A stretch of 64,000 nucleotides of DNA, taken from contig QPGO01000002.1 in the NCBI GenBank assembly GCA_008632985.1, forward strand, positions 496,001 through 560,000, in the 5' to 3' direction. The stretch comes from Psammoneis japonica. Lineage: Eukaryota. The translations under genes and the position numbers were made by a program. The first letter of the stretch is position 1. Each line of letters starts with the position of its first letter. The notes under the pieces were generated by a model, which saw only the letters and a list, made by a program, of their open reading frames with translations, ran no database searches and was not told the origin of the DNA. Of this stretch, positions 13,667-26,267 are shown in pieces.

Positions 13667-15037
13667 TCATTGCATGGCACTATGAATATCTTCCATGCTC
13701 ATTCCGTCACATTTTGACAGCAAGGAATAGTCATTACAACGCCCCAGATACCGTGCAACGTTCAGATTGGTTCCATGTCTGCCACGCAACAAAATTGGTG
13801 CACTCAGCCTGGAGGGCCCGTCCTTGACCGCCACTACGCGGTGTACCACGGCGGGTACTTGTTGTCGTGTGCATAGTTGCAAGAACTCTCCCGGCATGAC
13901 AACCACATAATGTGCATGCCACGGAATGGTAATTTTCGAATCGATAGTGTCAAACATGTCATCCGCATCCTTGCCGAGACGAGCTTGTTGCTCTTTCCAG
14001 TGGTTGCGTGCGGCTAGTTCTGGTCGGTACCAAACATTTGCAATTTCGTCGTACACCTCGAGACCACTCGTGGCCGCCACGGGTACCATAGTAGTAAAGG
14101 ACGAATCCGTGTGAGCTCCAAACACCTCTCGAGCGGACGACGTTTGAGGCTTTGCTTCCTTGTTGTTTGTATACCGACAGAGCCGATGTGGACTCATACT
14201 GACGGGTCCCTCCTGATGTGGTATACTATCCAGCGTTTGTTCGAGTGGTCTGCCGTCATCGACAAGCTCATTGGCCAATCGATTTGCCGCCTCGGATGCT
14301 AGAGACTCGCTCGAAAAGGCTCCAGCTTGGATACTACTCGCAGCGGTCGCACTTCGAACTATATCCTTTCCAATGTCTGCAACGCCTTGATAGGCTGCTC
14401 GCAAGGCCTCCAACGCCTCTGTATCCAATAAGTCCTCAGCTTCTTTTGGGACAAAACCAATACTATGGCGTTTGAATCGCGTCTCGAGAAATTGCATTGA
14501 CCCATTGTCGTAGTTGGCATATCCCACCACCGCGTGTCGTGAACCTCCCTCAACTTGAGACATTCCAGGCATCGACATGTTTGAAGTATCTTGATTGAGA
14601 GTTTCAAAAAAGTCCTCTGCAGCCGTCCACATGTGAGCTAAGGATGATGCTAGTGTGTAATTTGTCCCATGGTCCGTCACATCCACCACCAAGGCGCCGT
14701 GCGACAGAGCTTCCAAAACGTGCTCTTGTTTTTCTGGAAGCAACAAATCCGATCGAGATATTATCCGTTATGCCAGCTCGTCACTTGTCCCTGCATATGC
14801 CTCGTCCTCATTTTCGGTGGCAGCGTGTGGTGGAAGACGAGTCCGTCGAATACAGTCCTTGGATAGCGACTCGAGTGAATCAATCTCATCCACGGATGAC
14901 ACAGAGGAATGCAGAACTGGGACACGTTCTTTGCTTAGAAACGCTCTGCGAGCATGGCAATTTATAACTGGGGTAGAAACATAGCCAGAAACCCCTATGA
15001 CGCATAGACTCGCAAGTATCCTGAAGTGGTGAGCCAT
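13667..15037 (-). CDS. 2-oxoglutarate/Fe(II)-dependent oxygenase (IPNS-like fold) with signal peptide; in-frame TAA at 14770-14768
   Basis: GAHTDSSFTT (HxD), VHRVV (distal His), RLSAP (RxS), VVMPGEFLQ. The N-terminal segment MAHHFRILASLCVIGVSG is in the same frame as the main ORF. Confidence 0.8.
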
Positions 15038-15304
15038 TGAGACAGTCCGTGGTAATGGCGTTGGACGTTTGAACGGCGACGCATCTATCATCATTGCTCT
15101 TGCGATGATCATTTTTCATCCACAGACGACAGACGCACAGAGCACAGGATTCTTCAAAGATGCGATCTGCGGCTGCGACGTCACCAAAAGGGTGCGGATG
15201 GAATTACAGACGGTGCCGAACCCCGTCTTGCTTGCAAGCGCTTGGCTGGCTTGTACCGGCAGGAGTACATTGCATGTTGTACAATCGAATGCGTTGGCAC
15301 TCGC

Positions 15305-16470
15305 ATTGTGACGACCTCAGCAGTGCTCGGGATGCGCTTCTTGGACGTGGCTCCTCATCTTCTAGAGTGGCTCTTCCATCATCTCTTCTTTCAATCTCTC
15401 AGTCTGGCCTTGTTTTCCTTTTTCGCCTGCTTTCTTTGCCCTTCTTGGTGACCACATTGGCAGCATCGGCTGCCACCACTTTCTTGTTCACACCTTCTCC
15501 TGCGGTTCCTCCCAGGTGCTTCCTCTTCTGCCCCACCTCCTCCTCCCCCAAGCCTCCTTGGAGCAATCTCCCACTGACTTTCAAAACTCCAGCCCTTCCT
15601 TCTCAGCCTGCCAGCTCTCCCTTCTTTCTCCGACTGGCCTCCTCACCCAAGTCGACATTCTTGCCCAGCTGGCAGCGTCTCTCTCCAGACCATCCCAGCT
15701 CTTCTCTCCACACTTCCACCCCTCAATCCTGGGCCACCCAGCTCCTCAGCTTCAACTTTGGCCTTGCCAAATCCAATCACCTTGCTGCTTTCAACCCTCC
15801 CCAGCTCTCCCCCCAAAAATTTTTCACTCACTCATCTGTCCGCACATCCGGCCCCCTTTCTTCTCTGCGGCCCACCCCTCTTCTCTCCACCACATGCCAC
15901 ACTCTGATTTTGTTCTCTCCGACTCTCCTGCTCCACAATTCCTGGCTTTTGCTCAAACAATGCACCACACTGATGGTGGTGACATTGTGCATTTGTTTGA
16001 ATCTCACTGCTCTCGCAATCCTTTCAAAAAAAAGTTCTTCAACAAGCCACAATGACTTGATGAACAGTGTGTTGGCCGCTGCATTGCATCAACTGCAACT
16101 CAGGAGCTCTCTTTTGTTTTCATTTTGAGAGAGTGATTTTTGGATCTCTGCAAGTTTTTGAAAAATTTTGTTGACATTGAAGATCGCTGACAGCTTTTGA
16201 TTGATGAGAGCCCCTGTGGGCAGAATGCCAAGGAACAAGCACTGGTGAAGATGGGGCCACTGTTGAGCCCATGAGTTGAGGCCTCAGTCACTGCCTCTCA
16301 GCCCCTTTCTCATTGTTCAAGTGCATGTGCAAGTGGAATGCTGATTGCACAAAGAGCACCTCATGTGATCAAAAAGATTGGCACAAAACAGAAAGTGGGT
16401 TGTTTATCAGCACACTGAAACGAAGCGTTGACAAAAGTGGCGCAACATCATCATCAACTTGCACCTGTGA
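15305..16470. repeat. Decayed repeat block, essentially TpA-free
   Basis: No TpA found between 15365 and 16404; CpG also scarce. Confidence 0.6.
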
Positions 16471-16583
16471 CGTACAGACAAAATTTAGAACGTTGCAGTA
16501 AGTGTCCACTATTTGATCACGTATCACGTATTACAATATATATGTTAAAACAGCATTAGCCAGCAGACAAACTGGTTCTCGTA

Positions 16584-18584
16584 TCATCCAATCCAAGGTG
16601 CAATGGCCGTCATGCACCCGACGAGAAATAAGGCAGATTTGTGTGCTGGCGCCAACCAAGTGGCGGAAGAAGGCGGATCGGTCGGAGACAATGGCGTGGG
16701 TGGCATTATATCATTACCAACGAGTGTGTAGCCGCGATTTTCCAGACCGGTGTAGCATGAATCGATCACCTGATTGCTCAGAGCGCCTTCTTGGCCGACG
16801 ACTTGTCCTAGGAATGCCATGCCTCGATCACTGTGCCGATAAAAGTGACAGTGTGCAAACAATTCCGTGACGTAAGTTGCCAAATGAGAACGAAGGACCG
16901 CTTTGCTATAATTGTTTTCTTCAGAAATGGGAAAGATGAGAGTGTCGTGGAAATCCCCAACTTGGAAATAATCTTGGTGAGAATCAATCTCGGGCATGTC
17001 CGCCACTTGATACGAGAAGACGTGCGTGTGGATGGGATGGATCTGTGGTGCAAAGTAATCAATCTCCCAAATACTGCCAGTCTGTAATGTCAAGTCTGGG
17101 TCTGAAGGGCCCAAGTACTCAATCAAGGGAGGGTCAAACGGGCCATAGTTGTTAATGGCGTAGTAGCTAATGTTGCCACTGTCCCACGCAGGACGATCTT
17201 CAGGTAACATTTCACCAGGTCCGAGTGGAGGAGTAAGGCCCGACTGAAGAATGTATGTTGTCTCGTCTGGAGTGGCATTCAACATATCTGGTAGGTAACA
17301 AGGACGTGCTACCATAAACTCTGGAATATCTTGCGTTTCAACAGTTTCCGATGGAGCATTCACTTGAATGAATGCCATGGTTCGATCCAAAGAAGGACGC
17401 TTCTGAGACGCGATCCAGTTAGAGGAATCACGGAGGTCAGAGAGGGATTTGAATTCATACGTCCCTTCTTGAGCACAGCGCACCAGCAAATCGGCGCGAG
17501 ATCCGCTAAACATGTATCCAGACTCGACATCTCGAGGCGTTGTGGGCATGTACTTTCCGTCTTTGGCCAGCAGCTTCACGTCACATCCAGCCAAGGCTGG
17601 TTCAATGGTTCGAAAGCGTGTAGGCACATAAAGCATACGAAAGCGATACCACTGCCCAGCAGCAATTTCAATTGTTGGACGCTCCACGCCATTAATGGTG
17701 AGCGTCTCGTACTCCAGGCCGTCGGGCGCAAAGGTCGTATTGTATTGGCCAGCCTCTGGTCCATTCTCAAAGAAGGGTTCGGCGCATCCATCTCGATTTT
17801 CTTCTGGAACACAATGCCGGCGGCAGAGTGCGACGTAGCTAAAATTGCCTCCAGTGGCGTAATCATACTGGAGGTATGTGAAGTTGAAGAACTGGATCCG
17901 CATGAGCACTTCAGGGAGGTTTGCAACTTGAGACGGAATGTCACCCTCGAGATCCTCGACAATGAGCAATCCAAGAGCTCCACCTCCAGCTTGGAGCGTC
18001 GTACTACCCGCGACGTGCGGATGATACCAGTGGGTACCGCCTTGATGCATTTCGGGAATGTTAATCGTGTACTCATGCTCGTCTCCTGGAGGAATCTTGA
18101 GAAAGGTCGGGTTTTCTTCTGCAGGAACAAACACACCGTGAACGTGAATGTTTGTTATACTGATTGCATGATACTGATTCCACATTTCCGGGACGCTTGT
18201 ATCGCACGCCTCGGCCGGAAGGTTGTTTTGCAGAGTAATGCGTAGAGTATCTCCAGGCTTGACACGGAGAGTTGGGCCGCCGATTTCGCCATTGTACCCA
18301 ACCACCTTTTGTCGGAGACCGGTGGCTGCGTTTTCATACAATGCCTCTCCAATAGAAAGGTTAACATTAAGTACTCCATCAACACTCGTTAAGACTGGTT
18401 GATCATCTGGATAGATGGCTTCATTCAAGGCAAGCCTGCGATTGGCCGACGAAGATTGATGGGCGGGAAAAAACTTGCTCTTGATGCCTGCCGTGAAAAT
18501 CGACGCCTCAGACAACGTAGCCAGAAACGGCACGGCAGAGAGGAATCCAGCGAGAGAGGATGACGGCACAGCATGGTGGGGCAT
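16584..18584 (-). CDS. Three-domain multicopper oxidase, secreted, probable C-terminal membrane/GPI anchor
   Basis: All four copper motifs present: TNIHVHG, THWYHPH, HPIHTH, HCHFYRHSDRGM. N-terminal hydrophobic signal, Pro/Ser/Thr linker and hydrophobic tail. Intronless. Confidence 0.93.
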   Translation of the reverse strand: MPHHAVPSSSLAGFLSAVPFLATLSEASIFTAGIKSKFFPAHQSSSANRRLALNEAIYPDDQPVLTSVDGVLNVNLSIGEALYENAATGLRQKVVGYNGEIGGPTLRVKPGDTLRITLQNNLPAEACDTSVPEMWNQYHAISITNIHVHGVFVPAEENPTFLKIPPGDEHEYTINIPEMHQGGTHWYHPHVAGSTTLQAGGGALGLLIVEDLEGDIPSQVANLPEVLMRIQFFNFTYLQYDYATGGNFSYVALCRRHCVPEENRDGCAEPFFENGPEAGQYNTTFAPDGLEYETLTINGVERPTIEIAAGQWYRFRMLYVPTRFRTIEPALAGCDVKLLAKDGKYMPTTPRDVESGYMFSGSRADLLVRCAQEGTYEFKSLSDLRDSSNWIASQKRPSLDRTMAFIQVNAPSETVETQDIPEFMVARPCYLPDMLNATPDETTYILQSGLTPPLGPGEMLPEDRPAWDSGNISYYAINNYGPFDPPLIEYLGPSDPDLTLQTGSIWEIDYFAPQIHPIHTHVFSYQVADMPEIDSHQDYFQVGDFHDTLIFPISEENNYSKAVLRSHLATYVTELFAHCHFYRHSDRGMAFLGQVVGQEGALSNQVIDSCYTGLENRGYTLVGNDIMPPTPLSPTDPPSSATWLAPAHKSALFLVGCMTAIAPWIG

Positions 18585-18829
18585 GTCTGAGCGAAGAGTG
18601 AAACTACAGTAGTACCGGCAGGGCAGATAGATGATGATGGGCTGGGTGTCGTAGCAGAGAATACGTATCTTTTTTGGATCTTTCATTTGTGGTGACACCC
18701 TGATGCCAACACGACGCTTCCTGGTATGGTACATACGTGATGACGTGTTGACAAGGCGTTCTTCAACTTGAAGAACGCGGTTTGAACCTTCGCCAGCCCA
18801 GGACAACCTCGGAGCTAACTCTCTCTTAG

Positions 18830-21800
18830 CAGCTAGAGTGACGTTTGGTTGATTTCAAATGTTTGGATTTTATGGACACGGCTCCAAGACAGTTGGCAGA
18901 CCAGCAGTTTCTCGAGTGACAATGGGACTGTTCTGTTGCTTTCGCAATGTGGTGGTTCCCATTTGTGCCAGCAGGGCTGTGGACACGTTTCTTGGGTTTT
19001 TTGCGCACACTCTTTTTGAGCCATGCAACATGCACAGCTTCCTCTGCAGCTTGAGGGGTTGCCCAGCCATCTGCGGGACCCAACTTTTGTGTTTCTTCTC
19101 TTGACTTCTTTGGCCCCCATTTGTTGAGAGACCCTCCCATTGTCCAAGTGTTGGAGCATTGGGGTGCGAGGCATTTTGGGAGGACAGGCAGGCAATGTTC
19201 TTCTTGCAGCGAAAGATTGCTGACGATTGCGGTGGATGACATTGGCAGTTTGCACTCACAAACTGTCTGTGAATGTGGTTTTTGTGCTCACTTTTTAGCT
19301 TCTTCTGCACCAGAACAACACGACAACATGGCAATGGCATCAGACATGTGTTTGCAATTTGTGCGGTGGTGAGAGTTTTTTCTGGTGAGACCAATGACAC
19401 AAACTGGTTGGCAAACCTTGAAACTCCAACAGACTGAGTCACACTCTCTCTAGCCAAGTTAGTCAATGGGCATTTCCTTTGCTCTTTGGATGCCAGCCAG
19501 CCCCAGGGCTCCATGTGACATGGGCTTGCAAAATTCTGCATGCAAGCTCTGTGGCTGTCACACTGGAAAATGAAGATTTTGGTCTTTGACATCCAAACAA
19601 ATGACCAACTTTGCAGCACAATTGCATCTCCAACAGGAATCTCTCAAAAATGACACATGTGATGGCCACACAAATTGCTTCAGAATGTCTGCAGAATCTG
19701 CAGCAAGTTTTTGCACCAAAGCTGTTGTGTGTCTTCTCACAATTTGTGCAAACACAGACTTGGCTGCTGTGGTCAGATCAGGCGCATCCTCCCTGCAAAT
19801 GAGTTGTTTTGATGTGCAACTGATTAGATGACAGTCAATGGTCCATTTTTTGCAAAGGTGAAACTCGCCAGTGGCAGAAATGTGGACAATTTGACATTTT
19901 TCTTGGCACTGGTGGTCTGCACAGTTTCTGTGCCATGACTGTGCAGCACGAAAGGTTGCTGTTGTCATGCTCAAAAATTTTGAGAATTTGCCTGCACTGC
20001 ACACCATTTGGAGATGTTTAAAATGGTTTTGTGAAAAAAATGTCAAACATTGTTGAATGGATGGCCCAGCAACTGCACTGCAAAACATTCAAAGAGCCGC
20101 CAAAATCACGCAAAAATGCACGTGGTCTCACCTGGAGCTGGAGCATGTTCATTGACCAAGCCATGCTCCACACTTGTGATGTCTTGCAAAAAGCTGAGCT
20201 TTCAAAGCTGCAAGTTACAGTTTTTGGACAAGTGACAAGCCTTTGGCTGCACTTTTCTTTTTTCTTGTAGTGCTGTCATGTGTGGCCGGGCTGGCTTGCA
20301 CTTGTTTTCACAACAACCACACACCTCATCCATTGCCTTGAGAGTTTCCAGTGCTCAGCACACTTTTCTGATTTCCTGAGAGCTCTTCCCATGATCTGGA
20401 GTGTGCACTTGCTTTGTTGGCAGCAAAAGTGCAGCGTGTTGAGCCTGCCAAGTGTTGGGGCATTGTGGCACACCCTGCCCCTCAACCCTTTGCCCGCTCC
20501 TGTGGCACTTGCAACAGCAGGGTGTTTGAGGCAGCATTGGTGCCCACACAGTTTTGCTGTTTCTTGCCAACACTGAAGTTTTTTGCACAAGAAGGTCCCA
20601 GTGAGTTTCCAGGGCTCAAGGCTGGCTGGTGCATTTTCTGGGAGAGGGTCTTGCTCATGGCATCAACGCAGTTGTGAGCTGGCTTCTTCCAGGAACTGTG
20701 GTTGCCTCCTGAGGAACAAGGCAGCCCCGCCAAGAACCATCAAGTTGCAAGTCGCTGCACAGCTCTTTTGGAACCTTTGGACTCCTTCAAGTGCTCACTT
20801 TTTTTTTTTGTTGTCACATTTTCTGCCAAACAGAAACACATGTCTCATCACTGCAGAGAAAGCTGCATGGGGCCACAGCACATGATGTCAAAACTTGAAG
20901 TTGTGCCAAATGCAGTGTGCAGCAAACAGCAAAAAGAAACTGCACCTCCCACCATGGGGCATGTTTGTTTGCATGTGACCATGCAGCTGATCAAGTTGAG
21001 AGTGCACCACATCTCATGTCAACAAGACAGTGCTGGACTTGCAGTGCAAGTGTTCCAGTGTTCCATTTCTTGTTTTCTGTTGACCACTCCATTGTGCTTG
21101 GACACACCATCAATTGCTGTGAACTCTCACTGCCACACACAAGACTGCAGCTGCTGGGGCTCATTTTCACTGTGTTGATCACAGTGCTGCTTGTGCTCCA
21201 AGGCACAACAAGTGTGTGCGCCAAAAGCAAAACTTCATTTTCTGATGTGGTGGGTGCAGACAATGATGTTTTAATTTTCCTGAGCAAGGAAATTGTTGCA
21301 TGAACAATGTGCCATGTGAGCACCAAGCTCAAGTGAGAGGGGGGCAGCTTGTTGGATGTTGCAAACAGTTGTTGGCAGATTTGTGTCAATGAGGAGGGTG
21401 GTTTGATGGCAACAACCAAATGGCTTTCGTTCAATGGAGTGGGGTTGGTTGCTGGATGTTTGATTTTCTCCTGCTCCTGTCTCTTCTTGTTGTTCAGGGA
21501 ATTTTTTGGGCATTCTTGAAAAGCAACAGCTCTTGTTGCAACCACAACACCTGGTGCTCCCCATGGTGTGTCTTGCTGCACAGCTCAACTGTGTGGTGCA
21601 GCATGCACAGCGTGCTTTGTCATGGCCATGGGGCAGTGTGGGAAGCCAAACAATGCCATGGAAGGCAGCTCCAAACTGCCATCTGCAGCCAGATCTAGAG
21701 TCAGCTCAATGAGCTCATTGCAAATCTGCACTCAAAGGTTTGGAGCAGCTGCTGCCCTTTGCACCTTTTCCTCACATCTGCATGCCATCTGCACAGGAGT

Positions 21801-24480
21801 CAAATTCACCACCAGCAGAGTTCGACACTCTGACTGGCCAGACACCCAACAAGTGAGCACTGTCCTCTGTTGACTCCACCCCTGTGCAAGGGCTGCCATG
21901 GGATGCAGGTGGGTGTGATGTGTGACGACATCATCACATGCATTGAGTTGCACATGTGCACATTCACACTGATGATCACATGTCATCAAGCAATGACTCC
22001 CATCCCACAGCACCCCTGATTTTCTGACCATCAAACACTGGGGGCACAGCATTTGTCCATTTTTCACCCATTTTCACACCACCTGAACAAGCATGTCACA
22101 TCAACTCCACCATGACGGCATCTCCTCCATCATCACCAACAACTTGCCAGGACTCTGTTCCCACTGAAATTGTTAAAGTTGACACTGCTGTGAGAGGTGA
22201 GCCTGTTGCTCAGGCTGTTGTGTGCCTCACACATCCCAAACAAGAGTGCACAAACTCACACTTTTTGTTTTCACACTCCACTGCCTCCTCACCTCCCACA
22301 GGTGATGCCCCCTGTGGTGATGCTGTTGCACCTGCCCTTGACATGGCAGGTGTTGTTCAATGTGTTTTCCTCCTTCGCCCAATTGCAAAATTGTCAAGTG
22401 GTGCTGACTTGCTCACACCTCACACTGCAGTGCCTCCCACATGTGATGGGGCCCTGGCAATGCCATCCGTGGCCCCATGCCTCCCACCGGTGACACCACT
22501 GCCACCCACTCCCCTGCTCCAACACCTGCCTGTGATGCCACCCCTCCCATCGGTGTTTCCACTGTGCCCATTGTGGAGGACAATGCTGTTGATCCAGTTG
22601 TTGTGACAACAACAGACACACTCAAGGGACTTGCTTTGCTTCAAACTCAGATGATTGCAAACACTGCAGAAAAATCAACAAAACCAATGGAAACCATGAC
22701 CAATTTGGCAGCATGTGAGTCAAGTTGGGGGCTGCTTTGTTGGTTCAAGTGTTTTGTCATTTGGTCCTTGCAGAAAAGATGGTCATCATGCAGTGCCATG
22801 CTTTGCAGAAATGACATGGAGGATGAGTCCACATGCAAAAGATTTGACTCAGCTGCAGCTGGAGGAAGTTTACAAAGATGAAGAAGATGTTAAACTTGAA
22901 AATTCTTTGACAGGTTGGACAATGTGATTTCATGCAAGAACTGGTCAAGATGAAGTTCCACAATGATGACAATGCAGCGCAGTCTCTGTCAACAACAAAA
23001 AGCAGTTTCTCTTTTAACAAGAAGAGCTTCTCCAGAAAGAGTGCTGTGCCTGTCATCACATGTCAGATGCAAGTGTGTCCACCCAAAGCAAAAGAAAGCT
23101 TGTGTCTCTAACTCAACATCAGATGCACTCATTGCAGCTCCATTTTATTGACCAGGCAGTGTGCATCTTGATCATGAAGGGCATGCTGGGCTTGCTGGTG
23201 ACAGAGTTCCAATGGGGTCTCAGCACATTTGCCACACAGTTTCTTTGTCATTTGGGAAACATGACAGCCCAAGAAACAACACTGCCTTTGTTGGTGGGTG
23301 CAGCAGGAACAGTGTTGGGTGTGCCAGTTGCAGGAAAGGTGGTGACTGGGGTGCAAGCTGCTGCAGAGCTGTGCCCAAGACCCAAGACTGTCTGACACCA
23401 TCGTGGGTGCTGAAAGCCACCAGAGCTGCACCCAACAGCATCATTCGATTCCATCACATCTGCCCTCATGCTCGGTGGGTGGCACAACCAGCACTGGGGT
23501 GCATGCACTGGAGCATGAGAAAACATCGACTGTGGGTTTTTTTGGAGCACAACAGCTGCAGATTCATCCTCACCCACTCTGTCAAAATGGGTGCAGCAGC
23601 AGCAGCAGCAGCGCATGGGTGCACTGGTCCTGTGACTGAAAGGCTGACAATGTGCTGGCATTTGTGACAGTGTCTGTGGCAGGTGCTGCTGCAAGAGAAA
23701 ATCAGTGCCAGTTTGCAGCGCATCATTTTGGCTGTGTTTGGCACAAGAGAGGCAAAGCAACAACGTTGCCTCTTGCACCAGGCGCATTGGGAAGAACAGC
23801 ATCGGGTGCGGCACTTGTGGGGCATGGAGCTGCGGTGTTGTCATTCATGACAGAAGCTGTGCCAGGTGCCAGAGCATGAGAAATGGAGTGTCTGCAAATG
23901 AGCTCTAATTTCAGAAGCAGCAGGCGCACGACAGAAACAGTTGCGACATTGCCCCTGCGACACACCAGAGTCATCATTGACAGGAGCATCAATGGGCGCC
24001 ACATCATGGGAAGGTGTTGATGATGAATCGCTTGACATCATCATGGTGGACTGTTGTTGATGCATGGTTTTTGTGTGTTGCACAAGAGAGGGAAAATGGC
24101 AAAGTGCCGCCCCTGGCGGTGGTGGCTGTTCTCAGTTTGGTGGCCAGAGAGGCAGAAAAAGGGAGAGAGTGTGGATCAGGATTTTCCCTGATGTTCTTGT
24201 GAGCATTGTTTGTGCACAAATGCTGAATTTCGGTGAATGCCAACATGTGAAAATTTTGATGACATCCAAATTGCATCACCGCGCCATCACACCCATGCTC
24301 TTCCCTTGCGTGAGGGGTGTGTTGACTCCAGGGACAACTCTGTGATCACCTGCTCTGGGTGCCCAGTGTTTGGCCACATCAACGGGCCCGCCTGACAATT
24401 TTTCTCATGGGAGTCCCCCGCCCCTCTCACCAGAAGTGGAGATAAAGGCAGAGGCTTTCTTTGTGGGGCTCTCGTCTCTC
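18830..24480. repeat. Large block of decayed TE remnants, TpA- and CpG-depleted
   Basis: About 16 TpA in 5.5 kb, dense overlapping Cys/His-rich ORFs. A partial copy of the MITE TIR (TCACCTGGAGCTGGA) lies near 20128-20142. Confidence 0.65.
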
Positions 24481-24641
24481 TCTCTCGCCTGACGCAAATG
24501 AACACAACGGTTGATCAAGAGCTGATGCGCGGCCGCCGCGCCACATTTACATTATTGTTGCGTTGTTGCGTTGCATCGTCGATCGTCTCGTTTATATCAC
24601 CGTCATTGTTGTTGAATGCACTAAATGCTTCCAGCTGCATC

Positions 24642-25774
24642 ATGGGGAAGAAGACTCCGCAAACGCTCCGAAACGTGCCGTTATGGAAGGATATTCTCAT
24701 GGTGTCACGTCCGGGTTGGTGGCTAGTATCTCTCTGGTTGTATCTGGCACCAACAAAGTATGAAGTCGTGCAGAATTTGCTTCTGCATGACACCGCCGTA
24801 TCGACTACAGAGGCAACAGCAACACGTCAAGAGAAAGCCTTAGTTTTCCTAGCGGGTCTATTATACGTCTGTTTGCCTCTCAATTTGTTGACCTATGCTC
24901 TGAATGATTTCGCTGATGTTGACATGGATCAGTCTAATGATCGAAAGGGCAATTACATGTTTGGTTCCAAAGGAATCGACCGAACCAGGTTGAGATCGTT
25001 ATCGAAATTGCTCTTGCCACCACTTTTCTACCAATACCATGGTTTGCAAAAGTCATATCCAACAACAGTAGCATGCATGACGTGTTTTCTCGTGAAGAAG
25101 CTGGACAAGAGCAAGACTTTGAGAGACACTTGTTGCTTCTGCTTGGAATTTGGTATGTTGCGGTATTGTTGGTAAATGTGTCGTACAACTTTTCCATACT
25201 GGGACACCTTTCTGGAAGCGGTCCATGGGAAACTCCCCTGGTGTACGTTGGCTTTGGTCTTGTGACTGTCTTTAGTTACTTAATCAATGTATTTCCGTTT
25301 CAACAAGACGACAGGCGCAGCGGTATCTTTGGGTGTTGGCAGGACGAGACGTTTTATTTGTTTGGCTGCAATCCATACTACTGGATTCATTTGGCATTTC
25401 TGATCACAACTACTCAATTATGGACCGAGTACATGGACTATCAGGTGGATTTGCAACACAAGCGACAAACGACATTGACGAGATTCTTTTCATCCAAAAA
25501 GATTGCAAAACGCTTCATTGTTGTTGTCATGGCGCTACAAGTCGTTTGGGCAAGCTACATGGTACTATTCGTATCCTATAACTGGAAACTGATTATGTTG
25601 TATAGCGTGGCAAGCATTGTCGACACGGGGCCCTCCAAGGAACCAAGAAAAGAAGGGCAGATTGGTAGTTCCCTGTCGGATTCTTCCCACTGGCACCGAG
25701 TGGCCGTAGGACAAAACATTGGTGGTCTCTTCTTGCTCTCTCAAGTTTGGGCCAATGGCTTGTTTGTTGCCTAG
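24642..25774 (+). CDS. UbiA-family prenyltransferase, one frameshift near 24999
   Basis: SRPGWW, Asp-rich motif NDFADVDMDQSNDRK, second motif EYMDYQVD, several TM segments. The two ORFs join if one base is restored in TCG-TT-ATC-GAA. Confidence 0.85.
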
Positions 25775-26267
25775 AGAGCCCAGTATGAGAATGGCAATAG
25801 TATATCAATGGTATGACGTACTTTACGCCAACTAGCACCAGAATACCAAATAATACATGAAGCTTTCCAACCTCGGAACCTCTCCTTATTTTTGTTCTCT
25901 GCACAGAGGGTAATGATCTGGCACGCGAAGGGATATGCTCTTTATTTTTCTGTACAATTACTAGCCATCGAGATGAACGATTGTGACCTACTGTAAGCCT
26001 GAAGAATGATACGATCCTGATCGTTTGAATTTGTTGCAGACTTCGATAGCATTCGAATGGATGTTCAGCGCCATTCCATTAGTAGGCGGTAGGCGTATGC
26101 CCTCGCACGGGATGAAAGGAAAGAGAAAGAGAGACACTAGGCCAAGATACAGGTGCAACAAACATCGAAAACATCATGAATTACTTTCTTATTGACATTG
26201 CTGCTTAATTTCAGACGACTTCTCAGATACGGCTGTGCATTGCACCCGATAGAACAATTAAAAAAAT

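Noticed and set aside
4294..18245. Long antisense ORFs such as 4294-5091 (-) and 17331-18245 (+)
   Set aside because: Shadows of real genes on the opposite strand.
20991..21581. Possible helicase or transposase remnant
   Set aside because: The resemblance is too faint to assign a family.
18826..24505. Dozens of overlapping Cys/His-rich ORFs on both strands (also at 5.2-6.3, 10.4-12, 15.2-16.5 and 43-48 kb)
   Set aside because: Artefact of TpA loss: TAA/TAG stops vanish and TG/CA-rich codons dominate. There are no recognisable domains, so these are not metal-binding proteins.
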